This document shows positions 8,308 through 17,845 of a stretch of 32,562 nucleotides of DNA, piece by piece. This stretch comes from a virus (lineage: Duplodnaviria > Caudoviricetes): positions 1 to 32,562 of IMG/VR virus record IMGVR_UViG_3300030376_001553. The stretch is one strand, 5' to 3'. The notes below the pieces were generated by a model. It made no database searches and had not been told where the DNA came from. It was given only the letters and a program-made list of their open reading frames with translations. Within the stretch, counting starts at the first letter, position 1. Each line of letters starts with the position of its first letter. The position numbers and the translations under genes are program-made.

Positions 8308-11118
8308 CTATTTTCCTACCGCTTGGTTAGAAAAACCTGTTTGATTAGTCCTTTGGTATAACTTAGTGAAGTTGTTACTAAATATATTACTCTGAACTTG
8401 TTGAGGTAAAGCACCTTCTCCTGAAAAGTAGTCTTCTGTATCAGGATCTAAGAACTGCATAAATAGATAACCAGGGTTTATATCTCCAGTTGATGAGCCT
8501 TGTCCTGAATCTGTAGGTCTAATATTACCTGCAATACATAAACTCTGACCATTACTAACTTTATCTCCAGTATTAACTAATGAAGTTGCACAATGAGAAA
8601 GAACCATAAGAGTACCAGCTCCGTAACCAGGACCAGCTTGGGTTGCTTTAATAACAATAGTATTTCCTAAACCTTCAATATAATCAGACTGTATTACGTC
8701 ACCTGTGAATGGTGATGGGATGTTGTTATGAGTTTGGTATTGATTACCTCTTTCAGCTTTAAAGGTAATTCCAGCATTATCAGGATTAGAAGGTTCGATA
8801 TATAACAACTCATCTCTAGCTGTAGTGCCTGTACCAGCTACAGGAGATTTAACACTTTTTTCAATAGTATTGATATTGTTATCCCAAATCTCTTTGGGTG
8901 GCATCTGGCTACCACTACCTTCATACCATCTTTGACCTTGTAACTGTATTATCTCTGCTATAGGCATTTCACTGCCTAGACCGTAGTAAACATTATCAAG
9001 GCTTTCTCTAGTCTTCTCAGATAAGTTTTTTGTAGTACCTGTAATAGCAGCCTGTTTAATTTCAGTTAATTCTTGGTCAGTAAAGAGGAAACGATTACGT
9101 ACATACTTTTCACGATCATCACTAGAAGCATTTTTAAAATCAGATCTAGCGTTAATCGACCATGATTTTCTATTATCTAAATCCCTAACGCCACTCTTCC
9201 ATTCTGCATAGGAACCATCAGAAGCTAAACCGCCTTCATCGGCTACACCGACAGGAGGTAACATAACTCTTTGTCCTATTTTTGTTGTATCTGCTAAATG
9301 GAACCAATTATCTACATCGTTGTATTTAGGTTTTGTAAGGAAGTGGTCTTCAGCTTCATTTAAAATCTTTTGAATCTCACTCTTATCTTGTCTTTGTTCA
9401 GCACTTAAAGCATTTATTCTCTTTGTAATCCAAGGTGTAGCCTCAGCTTCTAAGTAAGGTGTAGCTCTTTCTACAGCATCAGTTAAAGCTTCTTTTCTTT
9501 GTGTTTTAGTTTTACCCCTGTTTCCACTTAAAGCTTGGAAGTCTGGATCAGATTCCATAGCACCTTTTAACTTACCAACTAAACTTGTTACGGTCTCATC
9601 TATAGTTGTACCCATTCCGTCTAATCTATTTTTATTAGCCTTAGCAAACTCTGTAACAGCATAAGCATAAACAGAAGTATTTGTTATAGCGTCTTTTAAC
9701 TCATCAGGCATTGATCCGAACTCTATTCTTTGATTAACGACTTCATCTACGTCTCTTTTTAACTCTGCTATCTGTGTATCAGATAAGAATTTTTTGTAGA
9801 AAGGTATCTCCTTTTCTAGGTATTTTGCAAAATCTTGGTGAGAGTAACCTTCAGGTAATAGTGTCGGATTAGCTTTAACTGCATCTAAATGTTTATTCCT
9901 TTCATCAGTTACTTCTTCATCTGTAGGGGTGGTGTTTTTAGACCAGAAAGCAGTTATATCATCGTTATAAGAACGTTCAAATTTCTGTTGTTCGTTATAA
10001 ATCTGTTGATTTTCTATTCTTTCAAAATTTGATTTACGATTAGCAGCTTGGTACATTGCATATTTCAGAGCTTCTTCAAAAGTTTGTCTTCTACCATCAC
10101 TTCCTATACGAACTAAGGTCATTAGTTTTTGACCAGATTCTGTTTTTACTTTTGATAAAGCAGCTTCATAATTCAGATATGAAAACTTTTTACCTAAGTC
10201 GTTATAACCATCACCATCTTTATCCATAAACAGATCAGGAGCTATATCAAACCAAATACTGTTATAGAACTTTTCACCTTTATGAGGTAGTAGGTTCTTC
10301 TGAGTAGCTAAACCATCATTATAAGCTTGTTGTAGAGCCTGTTCTGAAAAAAGAAGACCTTTATTCCCAAACATAGGGTTAGCTATATTTGCTGCTTTCT
10401 TAAGTTTTGCGTTAAGGACATTAACTACATCTTGAGTGGCTTTCTCTTCTGCTAGGTTTATCTCTTCTTCAGCTACAAATTTTTGAATAGATACCTTAGC
10501 TTGAGACATTAAAGGATCAACCTTAGCTGCTATATAAGCTTTTGGTATGTCTCCATAAGGTTTCAATAGTTGAGCTGCTTTCTTTGCTATAGCTGCACTA
10601 CGTACTGAAGGGTCTTCCATTTCAGCTAGACCTCTAGCCGTATTCTTACCCCAAGTCTCTAAACCTATAGCGGCTGAACCTGCTGCCTCTTCTGCTTTAG
10701 TTGAATAATAGTAATGGTTGATCCAAGGGTTTTTAAGGGCTACTCTTCTTTTTGTTTCTTCGTCTTGAATTTGATTAACATCATTAGCTATAGCAGTTGT
10801 TTGTTGAGCTGCTAAGGCTTCAGTTTCAATCATCTTATCTGCTTTCTCTTGCTGCTTCTTTAAATAAGCTTCTTCAGCCCATTCCCATGCGGTATCAGCA
10901 GGACCATCAGGACCAAGAAAGTCCTGTATAGCTTTCATCTTCTCCTGATTTCTACCTATAACTGCAGTTGGATCTTCGTGGAACATTAGTTGTCCACCTA
11001 CCTGTGTTGGTATGCCTTTAGGGGCTGCAGGTGGTGGTAACTGAGCAGGAGGAGCTGCTTTAGGAACAGTACTTCTTCCTACCTGTCTTGCTGGTTCAAT
11101 TCCGTAGCTAGTAGTCAT
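8308..11118 (-). CDS. Internal virion protein (gp15-like) with a degenerate C-terminal M23/LytM-like domain
   Basis: Synteny. The C-terminus IPSPFTGDVI..GLGNTIVI..LSHCATSLVNTGDKVSNGQ..SSTG resembles the M23 fold. Confidence 0.75.
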   Translation of the reverse strand: MTTSYGIEPARQVGRSTVPKAAPPAQLPPPAAPKGIPTQVGGQLMFHEDPTAVIGRNQEKMKAIQDFLGPDGPADTAWEWAEEAYLKKQQEKADKMIETEALAAQQTTAIANDVNQIQDEETKRRVALKNPWINHYYYSTKAEEAAGSAAIGLETWGKNTARGLAEMEDPSVRSAAIAKKAAQLLKPYGDIPKAYIAAKVDPLMSQAKVSIQKFVAEEEINLAEEKATQDVVNVLNAKLKKAANIANPMFGNKGLLFSEQALQQAYNDGLATQKNLLPHKGEKFYNSIWFDIAPDLFMDKDGDGYNDLGKKFSYLNYEAALSKVKTESGQKLMTLVRIGSDGRRQTFEEALKYAMYQAANRKSNFERIENQQIYNEQQKFERSYNDDITAFWSKNTTPTDEEVTDERNKHLDAVKANPTLLPEGYSHQDFAKYLEKEIPFYKKFLSDTQIAELKRDVDEVVNQRIEFGSMPDELKDAITNTSVYAYAVTEFAKANKNRLDGMGTTIDETVTSLVGKLKGAMESDPDFQALSGNRGKTKTQRKEALTDAVERATPYLEAEATPWITKRINALSAEQRQDKSEIQKILNEAEDHFLTKPKYNDVDNWFHLADTTKIGQRVMLPPVGVADEGGLASDGSYAEWKSGVRDLDNRKSWSINARSDFKNASSDDREKYVRNRFLFTDQELTEIKQAAITGTTKNLSEKTRESLDNVYYGLGSEMPIAEIIQLQGQRWYEGSGSQMPPKEIWDNNINTIEKSVKSPVAGTGTTARDELLYIEPSNPDNAGITFKAERGNQYQTHNNIPSPFTGDVIQSDYIEGLGNTIVIKATQAGPGYGAGTLMVLSHCATSLVNTGDKVSNGQSLCIAGNIRPTDSGQGSSTGDINPGYLFMQFLDPDTEDYFSGEGALPQQVQSNIFSNNFTKLYQRTNQTGFSNQAVGK

Positions 11119-11946
11119 TTAATCCTCTGCAGGGTCTGGTAAAAAGTCTCTATACTCACTAATCGCATCAAAAGCTGCACCCGTTACTGCTGTAGCTAAT
11201 GATAATCCACTTGGACCAGGATCAGGAGTAGGTTGGTAACCATCTATAGGTATAGGAGCTAACGGTTTAACAGGATCACTTATAGGTCTTGGGTTATATA
11301 ACTGAATACTACTTACTTCATTTTCTCTTGCAGCGTTGAAAGCCTCACCAGCTCTCATTTTATCTACAAGTCTAAACTCTTTAGTTATTTGACGATTACT
11401 TAAATTTAATAACCATCTTTGATCTTGTACTTGTTGTAAAGCTTGAACATTTCTACCAACTCGACCTGCTGCAGCTCCACTCTTCTTAGCTGCATTTGTA
11501 TCTAATTGTGATCTTATATTACGCATTTGTATTTCATCTCTTGCTTCCTTTTCATAGAACTGGGCATCAAGATCTGACATTTTCCTAGCAAAATCTTTAG
11601 TAGCTCTAGTACTTACTTCACCTTTATATGTAGCTCTTTGCTTCTTTAATTCTTGTTCATACTTTTTCTGTTGTTCAACATATTGCTGTGATCTATACCA
11701 CGATCTCATTTGATCTCCATAAGCCCTGTAATTCTGTTTATTTTGATTTTTAAACTGCGCCCAGTACTGTAATTCAGCATGAGCATTACGTATTTGAGCG
11801 TTTGACTTTGCTATGGAATGTGAAAAGAAAGCACTAGCAATAGTTGAAGCTCCTTTAGCTAAAGCCATAGTTGCTCCAAAGCTATCTATACCAGTAGTAG
11901 CTCCTTGAGCTGCAGTATCAGCAGCAGGTGTGACTCCTTTAACCAT
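11119..11946 (-). CDS. Internal virion protein (gp14-like)
   Basis: Directly follows tail tubular B. Ala/Gly-rich hydrophobic N- and C-terminal segments, a Gln-rich coiled centre and an AAGRVGRNV motif, as in ejection proteins. Confidence 0.7.
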   Translation of the reverse strand: MVKGVTPAADTAAQGATTGIDSFGATMALAKGASTIASAFFSHSIAKSNAQIRNAHAELQYWAQFKNQNKQNYRAYGDQMRSWYRSQQYVEQQKKYEQELKKQRATYKGEVSTRATKDFARKMSDLDAQFYEKEARDEIQMRNIRSQLDTNAAKKSGAAAGRVGRNVQALQQVQDQRWLLNLSNRQITKEFRLVDKMRAGEAFNAARENEVSSIQLYNPRPISDPVKPLAPIPIDGYQPTPDPGPSGLSLATAVTGAAFDAISEYRDFLPDPAED

Positions 11947-14814
11947 TTAACCGTACTTCCTCGCTACATCGTAGTAGAGACCAGTCCATTCTAAAGCAAC
12001 GAACTTAGCCTGATCCATACTATCGTTTACTACTTCTATCGTAACTTGATCGTTCTTACTTTGGATATATGATCTGAATTTTGCCTCATCAAAGTCAGAC
12101 ACTTGTCCTACAACGATATTAGCGTTTAATGGATCTCTACGATCAAATTCATACGTATTCTTAGTTCTAAATTTAGGTGTTACATCTACTGTGAAATATC
12201 TTGCATCATTGTAGTAAACATCCATGTATCGTAGCTGAAGGCGACCAGTACGACTACCGATAAAAGTGTTATCAGTCGCAGTTTTGCTATAGGGCATGAG
12301 CTGAGGCGGTTCAAATTTAAACGTAAATTTTTCACCAAAGATCCAAGAGCTGCTAGAAAAATCTCCCAAACTGTCACAAACAAAACTATTAACACCAGCA
12401 GGGACAGTCGCAGCCACGACCCAACGTTTTTCAGCTTCGTTAGCATCATTCTTATCCTTCTTGATGATTACGAATTGGCTTTCGTTTACTGTGTAGTATG
12501 GCAGCGTGACTGTAGTTTTATTCGTTAAGTTGCTATAAGCAAATGAAGCTGTACCTAAGTCAGTAGTAATGGTACTAGCTAGTTGTCTATCTAATAAGAA
12601 TAAGTCTTTACTTTCTTGTGGTGGTCTAGATGCGTTAAGAGCTTCTAGGTAGTATCTTGTCTGACTATTCTCTGTGTACTTAGCTACTGAGAATAGAGTA
12701 CCTTCAATAAAGTCACACCAATATAAACTCTTATTAGGGAAGGTCCACTTAGACCAAGCATTCTGTCTATTAGTTAAAGAGCCTCCAGATGCTTCCCAAA
12801 AGAATTGGTAAATGTATAAGGCATCAGGATCATCACTACTTAACCCTATTAAGTATTGGTCTGTCCTGCTAACAGCTAAGGAGTCTATATTCTTCGGTAT
12901 GTACTTAGGAACAGTCTCTGTAATAACAGCAGTCTGACCAAGGTTAATACCAACAGTACGGTCAGTTGTTATAAACGTATGCAGTCCAGTAAAGTCTCCT
13001 TCTTTAACAGGGAATATGACCTGTGGACCCACTTGTTGAGGCTTGACATTAGATTCCATAGTAATGGAACTAATACGGCCCACAGAGGCGGTCTCAGGGC
13101 TGAATGTGACGTTATCTCCTGAATATAGTCTGAACTGGTTTTCATTAGAAAATAGAACTAATTCATCCTGCTGCTGTAAAGCATAGTTAAGTACAGCAAC
13201 GTCATTACTTACTGCTGTTAAATCAATAGGGTCTGTATCTACAATCTGTATTGCTGATTGTTGCCAGAAATTATAATAATCACCAGCTTCACTAAGGATT
13301 ATATTCTCCCCACTTATGAAGCCTAAGCGGTTTTTAAAGAAGACTATATCGTTAATAGGTTCATTAACAAATGACGGTCCAGGCATCTCATCTGCATCAC
13401 CAGCTAGCCTTACTACCCAACCAGGGATTTTAACTGTAGTGTTACTATCTGTGTAATTAGTACCACTAAAAGGTTGAACGGTAAATCTAGTTAAGCCGTT
13501 ATCGTTTCTGTAATAGATAAACGAATGAGGCATTGCATTATCATCAAACTTACCTTCTGTACCCCATCCCCCTTTTTCTTCCCAAGTACCTCTACCATAA
13601 GTACCTGCTACAGTTGTATTTTCAGCGTTGAATTGTAAATAATAAGAACTATTATCTGCAGCCCCGTCTGGAGCAACAATGATTTGATAACCTTCCCAAG
13701 AAGTACTAGGAAGTTCGATGATATTTGTAACCTGACTAGAGAAACCACTCATCAACGTATTACCTCTAGCATCAGAAGCTATAAAGCTTTTTATTGATCT
13801 AGAAGCACTTGTTAGGTTTATTAATAACTGTGAGTCTTGAATAGTAACAGTTATATTACTAGCGTTTCCATGAGCTAATAAGCTGGTCCTTAACGCTGCT
13901 GCAATGGTAGCCGTACTAATAGCTCCTGCTGCTAAAGCTCCTGTGGTATGAGTACCTGTAATAGCTGTACCATCATCAAGTTCAATTGCTACGTCATATT
14001 TAGTTTCGTAGTCAACCAGCTTTACCCATAACTGAGCCTTAATGGGTACATAAGCACTACTGATTAAACCTATGTTATATCTCGTTAAAGTCTCAGTACT
14101 GTCGTATATAGTTTTCTTTTGGATATTAGTTACAAATACAAAGTCTTGGAAAGAAGTAGCTCTAAATCTATCTCTAGCTCTACCTGAACCTCTAAAATAT
14201 TCAAGGTTAGTAGTAGTAATACCAGCAAAGGCTTGTTCTACTGGTACAACATTTGGAAGGATACCACTTATAGGTTCTAAGTTTGATAAGCCTGTTACAT
14301 AGCAACGACTAGCTTCTGCAGTCATTGTGATGCTTGAACCTGTAGCTGTAGCATTCTTATCTATAGTTACTTTATTACTACCTATTTCAACAATCTTTGA
14401 TCCTGCAGGTATGTTGGTACCGCTTACCACAGCTCCTACAAATAGATCAGTTGTACCACCTGAAGTTATAGTTATAACTGAAGAATTATTAGCTGTACTT
14501 ACAGTCTTGGTTACTGTATAACTATCATCAACTATTACTAAAACAAATCTTTCATCAGTACTTCTGTTATACACAAAGTACCAAGCTTCATCCCACTTAA
14601 CAGTACCTGTTGGTGCATTACCACCATGATTAGTAGTTAAGTTATCTATACGCTTTACAGGTACATTACCTAAACGTTTCTTTAACCCCTCTACTAAATC
14701 ACAGTTAGCATTTTCTAGAGTCTTAGCAAAGCCAGGTAATACAAAACTATTTGCCTGTTGATTGACTCCTTTATTGAGAGGTCCAATAACTTGACTATAA
14801 AGTTCTCTAGACAT
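11947..14814 (-). CDS. Tail tubular protein B / nozzle (gp12-like)
   Basis: N-terminal GVNQQ..GLKKR; MPH; PSFVNEPINDIVFFKNRLGFISGENIILSEAGDYYNFW; DTDPID; QNAWSKW; GRLQLR. Confidence 0.95.
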   Translation of the reverse strand: MSRELYSQVIGPLNKGVNQQANSFVLPGFAKTLENANCDLVEGLKKRLGNVPVKRIDNLTTNHGGNAPTGTVKWDEAWYFVYNRSTDERFVLVIVDDSYTVTKTVSTANNSSVITITSGGTTDLFVGAVVSGTNIPAGSKIVEIGSNKVTIDKNATATGSSITMTAEASRCYVTGLSNLEPISGILPNVVPVEQAFAGITTTNLEYFRGSGRARDRFRATSFQDFVFVTNIQKKTIYDSTETLTRYNIGLISSAYVPIKAQLWVKLVDYETKYDVAIELDDGTAITGTHTTGALAAGAISTATIAAALRTSLLAHGNASNITVTIQDSQLLINLTSASRSIKSFIASDARGNTLMSGFSSQVTNIIELPSTSWEGYQIIVAPDGAADNSSYYLQFNAENTTVAGTYGRGTWEEKGGWGTEGKFDDNAMPHSFIYYRNDNGLTRFTVQPFSGTNYTDSNTTVKIPGWVVRLAGDADEMPGPSFVNEPINDIVFFKNRLGFISGENIILSEAGDYYNFWQQSAIQIVDTDPIDLTAVSNDVAVLNYALQQQDELVLFSNENQFRLYSGDNVTFSPETASVGRISSITMESNVKPQQVGPQVIFPVKEGDFTGLHTFITTDRTVGINLGQTAVITETVPKYIPKNIDSLAVSRTDQYLIGLSSDDPDALYIYQFFWEASGGSLTNRQNAWSKWTFPNKSLYWCDFIEGTLFSVAKYTENSQTRYYLEALNASRPPQESKDLFLLDRQLASTITTDLGTASFAYSNLTNKTTVTLPYYTVNESQFVIIKKDKNDANEAEKRWVVAATVPAGVNSFVCDSLGDFSSSSWIFGEKFTFKFEPPQLMPYSKTATDNTFIGSRTGRLQLRYMDVYYNDARYFTVDVTPKFRTKNTYEFDRRDPLNANIVVGQVSDFDEAKFRSYIQSKNDQVTIEVVNDSMDQAKFVALEWTGLYYDVARKYG

Positions 14815-15449
14815 TAGCGGTTTAGAACATCAGGACTAAATACGGTTTGAACACGACCTCCATACATATCATCAGGTCCACTAATGAAGTTATGATTTTG
14901 AGCCATATCCTCTGTACGCTTTAATATTTGCAGAGCTTTCTCTTCATCATCTGCTGTATAACTTTCTATACTACTTGATGTTACAACTCTATTTGCATAT
15001 ATTCGACCTGATCTAATCATTATGTATCTTTTTCCTGTTTCAGGTATATCATCCCAGGCTAATTCTTCTACAATTTGAGCTACTAAATCAGTCGTAGATC
15101 CAGTTAAAGCTACACCTAAACTTCCTCTTAAATCATAAGAATTTTTAATACGATCAAAAAGTTTAATACCTCTTAAGACAAAACGTTGAGAAGGGTATGA
15201 GATGGGATTAAAACGTACAGCAAGAGTATTGCTAGGAAGAGTAGAATGTCCATTGGTATCTAAAGGGATTGCATCATAAACCATAGTATTCCAAGACCAA
15301 CCTTCGCCTTGGATCTCTGTACTTATTTCGTCTAACACTCTTTCTGCTAAAGCTGCATCACCAGTTAAAGGAGGCGTTAATGAGTTTAACGGTGCTTCCC
15401 CTATAACGGATAGAAGAGTATTTACTGCTTGTAGTTTTGTAGTTGCCAT
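14814..15449 (-). CDS. Tail tubular protein A / adaptor (gp11-like)
   Basis: TKLQAVNTLLSVIGEAPLNSL, IQGEGWSWN and WDDIPE..YI motifs; canonical position. Confidence 0.95.
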   Translation of the reverse strand: MATTKLQAVNTLLSVIGEAPLNSLTPPLTGDAALAERVLDEISTEIQGEGWSWNTMVYDAIPLDTNGHSTLPSNTLAVRFNPISYPSQRFVLRGIKLFDRIKNSYDLRGSLGVALTGSTTDLVAQIVEELAWDDIPETGKRYIMIRSGRIYANRVVTSSSIESYTADDEEKALQILKRTEDMAQNHNFISGPDDMYGGRVQTVFSPDVLNR

Positions 15450-15452
15450 TTT

Positions 15453-15617
15453 TTAAGTATTAACTATAGGAGGTTTTTGCTTTTTATACTTTTTTGGTGG
15501 ACCCTTTGGACCCCAATCTGTTTCCCAATAATAACCACCTGCAGGATGCCTATTTTTATTCTTCTTTGGACCAAGAATAGTAAAAGTTAATTTACTTTGT
15601 CTTTCAGAACCTCTCAT
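15453..15617 (-). CDS. Unannotated 54-aa basic protein
   Basis: MRGSERQSKLTFTILGPKKNKNRHPAGGYYWETDWGPKGPPKKYKKQKPPIVNT. It fills the gap between the capsid terminator and tubular A; the stop is 3 nt before the next ATG. Confidence 0.55.
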   Translation of the reverse strand: MRGSERQSKLTFTILGPKKNKNRHPAGGYYWETDWGPKGPPKKYKKQKPPIVNT

Positions 15618-15621
15618 AAAC

Positions 15622-15649
15622 AAAAAGGGGAAACATTACGCCTCCCCTT
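15622..15649 (-). terminator. Intrinsic terminator after the major capsid gene
   Basis: Minus strand AAGGGGAGGC-GTAAT-GTTTCCCCTT then TTTGTTT, at the position equivalent to T7 T-phi. Confidence 0.85.
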
Positions 15650-15673
15650 ATTGTATTAGGTTTTAGTTGGTAT

Positions 15674-17092
15674 TTACCAAGGATTACCATCATGAAGGAG
15701 TGAAACCGCACAATCAGGACGGAGGATTCCGTGTCCAACTGCGTAGCTTGCAACCATCATTGTTGATTGGGTCATTGCCTTATACTCAGCTCCAGTCATC
15801 TGCATATTCAGATCCTTAAGAGCTACTGTTCCAACTGCTTCTTTTGTGAAGCATAGGCCAAAGAGGTTACCAACACTAGAAGCGTTGCCTTGCTCATCTT
15901 GGTAGTAGTCGTTAGTACCTGCTGCTGCAGATCCGTCAGAACCATCCTTACCATTGATATAGTTAGGACGCTCTCCTCTGGTTGTAGCTGATTGGTTACC
16001 TATACCTGAGTAGGTATTTGTATAAGAAGCAGAACCAAGGTTGTTAGAAGTCTTAACTGTAAATCCAGCAACACTTAGAACTCTGTTATTAGAGAATGTT
16101 CCGTTAGAACCTCCACCACCGTTGAAGTCGGTGTTAATTGCTCTGTCAGAGTTGATAACGTCATAGTAAGCACCAGGGCTTAGTACAACCATTCTTCCGT
16201 CTTTAGGAGCATCCTTCTCATCAAGTGCCTGACAAGCTTTGTAAAGGTTCTCTACGATTAGATCTCCTCTAGCGTTTCTGTCAGCAGCACCGTTAAGGTT
16301 GATACCTGTGTATGAAGTACCACCAGGAAGCTTCTCTAGAACGAATAGTTTCTCACCAACATCAAACGCAGCCTTGGTACCAGTACCGATAGCTCCGATT
16401 GGGTTGATAACGATAACAGATGGGTTAGCGTTAGTAGCGGTTGTTGTTATAACACCGTAAGCACCACTATCTGCTCCATACATAACTTCACCAGCCGCAA
16501 ACTTGGCTTGTGAGCCAGCAGTCATTTGAGCTGACATTGTGATGTTGTTACCTGAGATAGAAGCAATTGTCACATCACCACCAGAGGCAGTAGCGTAACT
16601 CTTGTTATCCCAGTCATCTACACGTCCATCGGACTCAGAAGCTGTTAGTAATGTACGTACTAGACGCTCATCATAGGCTCTTGATAAAGCCCTTCCTAAT
16701 TCTTTTGAGTATATAGACCTAACGTCCCAATGGAGTTTGGCTTCATCTAAATCATAAATTGAAGCATCGGCTATAAGGAGGTCGTCAATGGTTATAATTT
16801 TTTCACCAATTTGACCTTTGTTTCCTTGGCCTGTTATCCAGTCACCAGGACGGTGGTAGCGACTCGAAAAACGACCCGTGATTGGGAAGCTTGCGCTCTT
16901 GCCTGAACTAATGGTTCTCTTTTGAGTGAGATCCTTGAAAATTGTTTCTCTATTGAAAACAGTTAGGACTTCCCCTGAGAAGATCTTGAGGAAATTGGCA
17001 TTCTCTTTTTCGTAGTTACCCGAAGCAGAGTTAGCGTTATATTGAACGCCATTGATACCACCTAACCTAGAGATGCTCGAAAAATCTGGCAT
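15674..17092 (-). CDS. Major capsid protein (gp10-like) with an insertion domain, 472 aa
   Basis: FLKIFSGEVLTVF, RTISSGKSASFP, ITIDDLL, DVRSIYSKELGRAL, LDEKDAP and YAVGHGILRPDCAV. Confidence 0.97.
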   Translation of the reverse strand: MPDFSSISRLGGINGVQYNANSASGNYEKENANFLKIFSGEVLTVFNRETIFKDLTQKRTISSGKSASFPITGRFSSRYHRPGDWITGQGNKGQIGEKIITIDDLLIADASIYDLDEAKLHWDVRSIYSKELGRALSRAYDERLVRTLLTASESDGRVDDWDNKSYATASGGDVTIASISGNNITMSAQMTAGSQAKFAAGEVMYGADSGAYGVITTTATNANPSVIVINPIGAIGTGTKAAFDVGEKLFVLEKLPGGTSYTGINLNGAADRNARGDLIVENLYKACQALDEKDAPKDGRMVVLSPGAYYDVINSDRAINTDFNGGGGSNGTFSNNRVLSVAGFTVKTSNNLGSASYTNTYSGIGNQSATTRGERPNYINGKDGSDGSAAAGTNDYYQDEQGNASSVGNLFGLCFTKEAVGTVALKDLNMQMTGAEYKAMTQSTMMVASYAVGHGILRPDCAVSLLHDGNPW

Positions 17093-17135
17093 CGAATTAA
17101 AAGATTAAATGTAAAAACGCTCAGTACACCACTGC

Positions 17136-17157
17136 TGTTATCTCCTCAGAGGCAACA
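17136..17157 (-). promoter_or_regulatory. Stem-loop in the capsid 5' leader
   Basis: Minus strand TGTTGCCTC-TGAG-GAGATAACA (one G-U pair, one mismatch) in the scaffold-capsid intergenic region. Confidence 0.45.
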
Positions 17158-17186
17158 ATTAATACATAAGCTACTTTAATAATAGC

Positions 17187-17843
17187 CTATCTAGGTGTTA
17201 ATACATTACTACGACTTACTTTTTCTTCTACATCTCTGGTATATGCAGTGTCATGCAGGTAGCGTGGATCGTTCATAGCCGCTTCAACTTCCTGTACTGA
17301 CCTATAAACATCTGTTGAATTACTAGAAAGTCTACCGCTTATAAGTTCTGGCTCCTGTCCTTGTGATTGCTGCATAGCAAAGTACATGGACTGTAAGGCA
17401 TTCCTAGCTCTAGTAAAATCACCGCTATTAACCTCTTGGTTATAAGCTTTAATTTCATCTTGATCTAAGTTGTCTTTAGCCCAATCAGCCATAACATCTA
17501 AACCTTCTTCACCACCAATAGTTTCTATAATTTGACTCTCTTCAGCTTCACTAAGTGGTACTTGTTCTACACCACCTATAATGTCACCTGCTTCGACATC
17601 CTGATCTTCTGATTCATACTGCGTATCTTGCGGTACTTCCTCAACCTGATCTTGGTTGCCAAGTTTCTTTTCAAGTTCTTGGTAAGCCTGTAAAAGATCA
17701 TCGGCAGATTTAAACTTACCGCCAATAAGTTCTTCCGAACCCTCTTCTTGTGGTTCTCTACCTTCAAGAATGGCTTGATCTGCTTCATTAAATGGTTGAG
17801 TCTCTTCAGGGAAGGCTCCCCCTGCTGTGTTAATTTCAGGCAT
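17187..17843 (-). CDS. Capsid scaffolding protein (gp9-like)
   Basis: Acidic; GKFKSADDLLQAYQELEKKLG, IGGEEG..WA..NL and AMNDPRY..D.AY..DVEEK; lies between portal and capsid. Confidence 0.93.
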   Translation of the reverse strand: MPEINTAGGAFPEETQPFNEADQAILEGREPQEEGSEELIGGKFKSADDLLQAYQELEKKLGNQDQVEEVPQDTQYESEDQDVEAGDIIGGVEQVPLSEAEESQIIETIGGEEGLDVMADWAKDNLDQDEIKAYNQEVNSGDFTRARNALQSMYFAMQQSQGQEPELISGRLSSNSTDVYRSVQEVEAAMNDPRYLHDTAYTRDVEEKVSRSNVLTPR

Positions 17844-17845
17844 TT

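Noticed and set aside
15650-15700. T7 10A/10B-type capsid frameshift extension
   Set aside because: No slippery site is seen, and stops plus the terminator follow closely.
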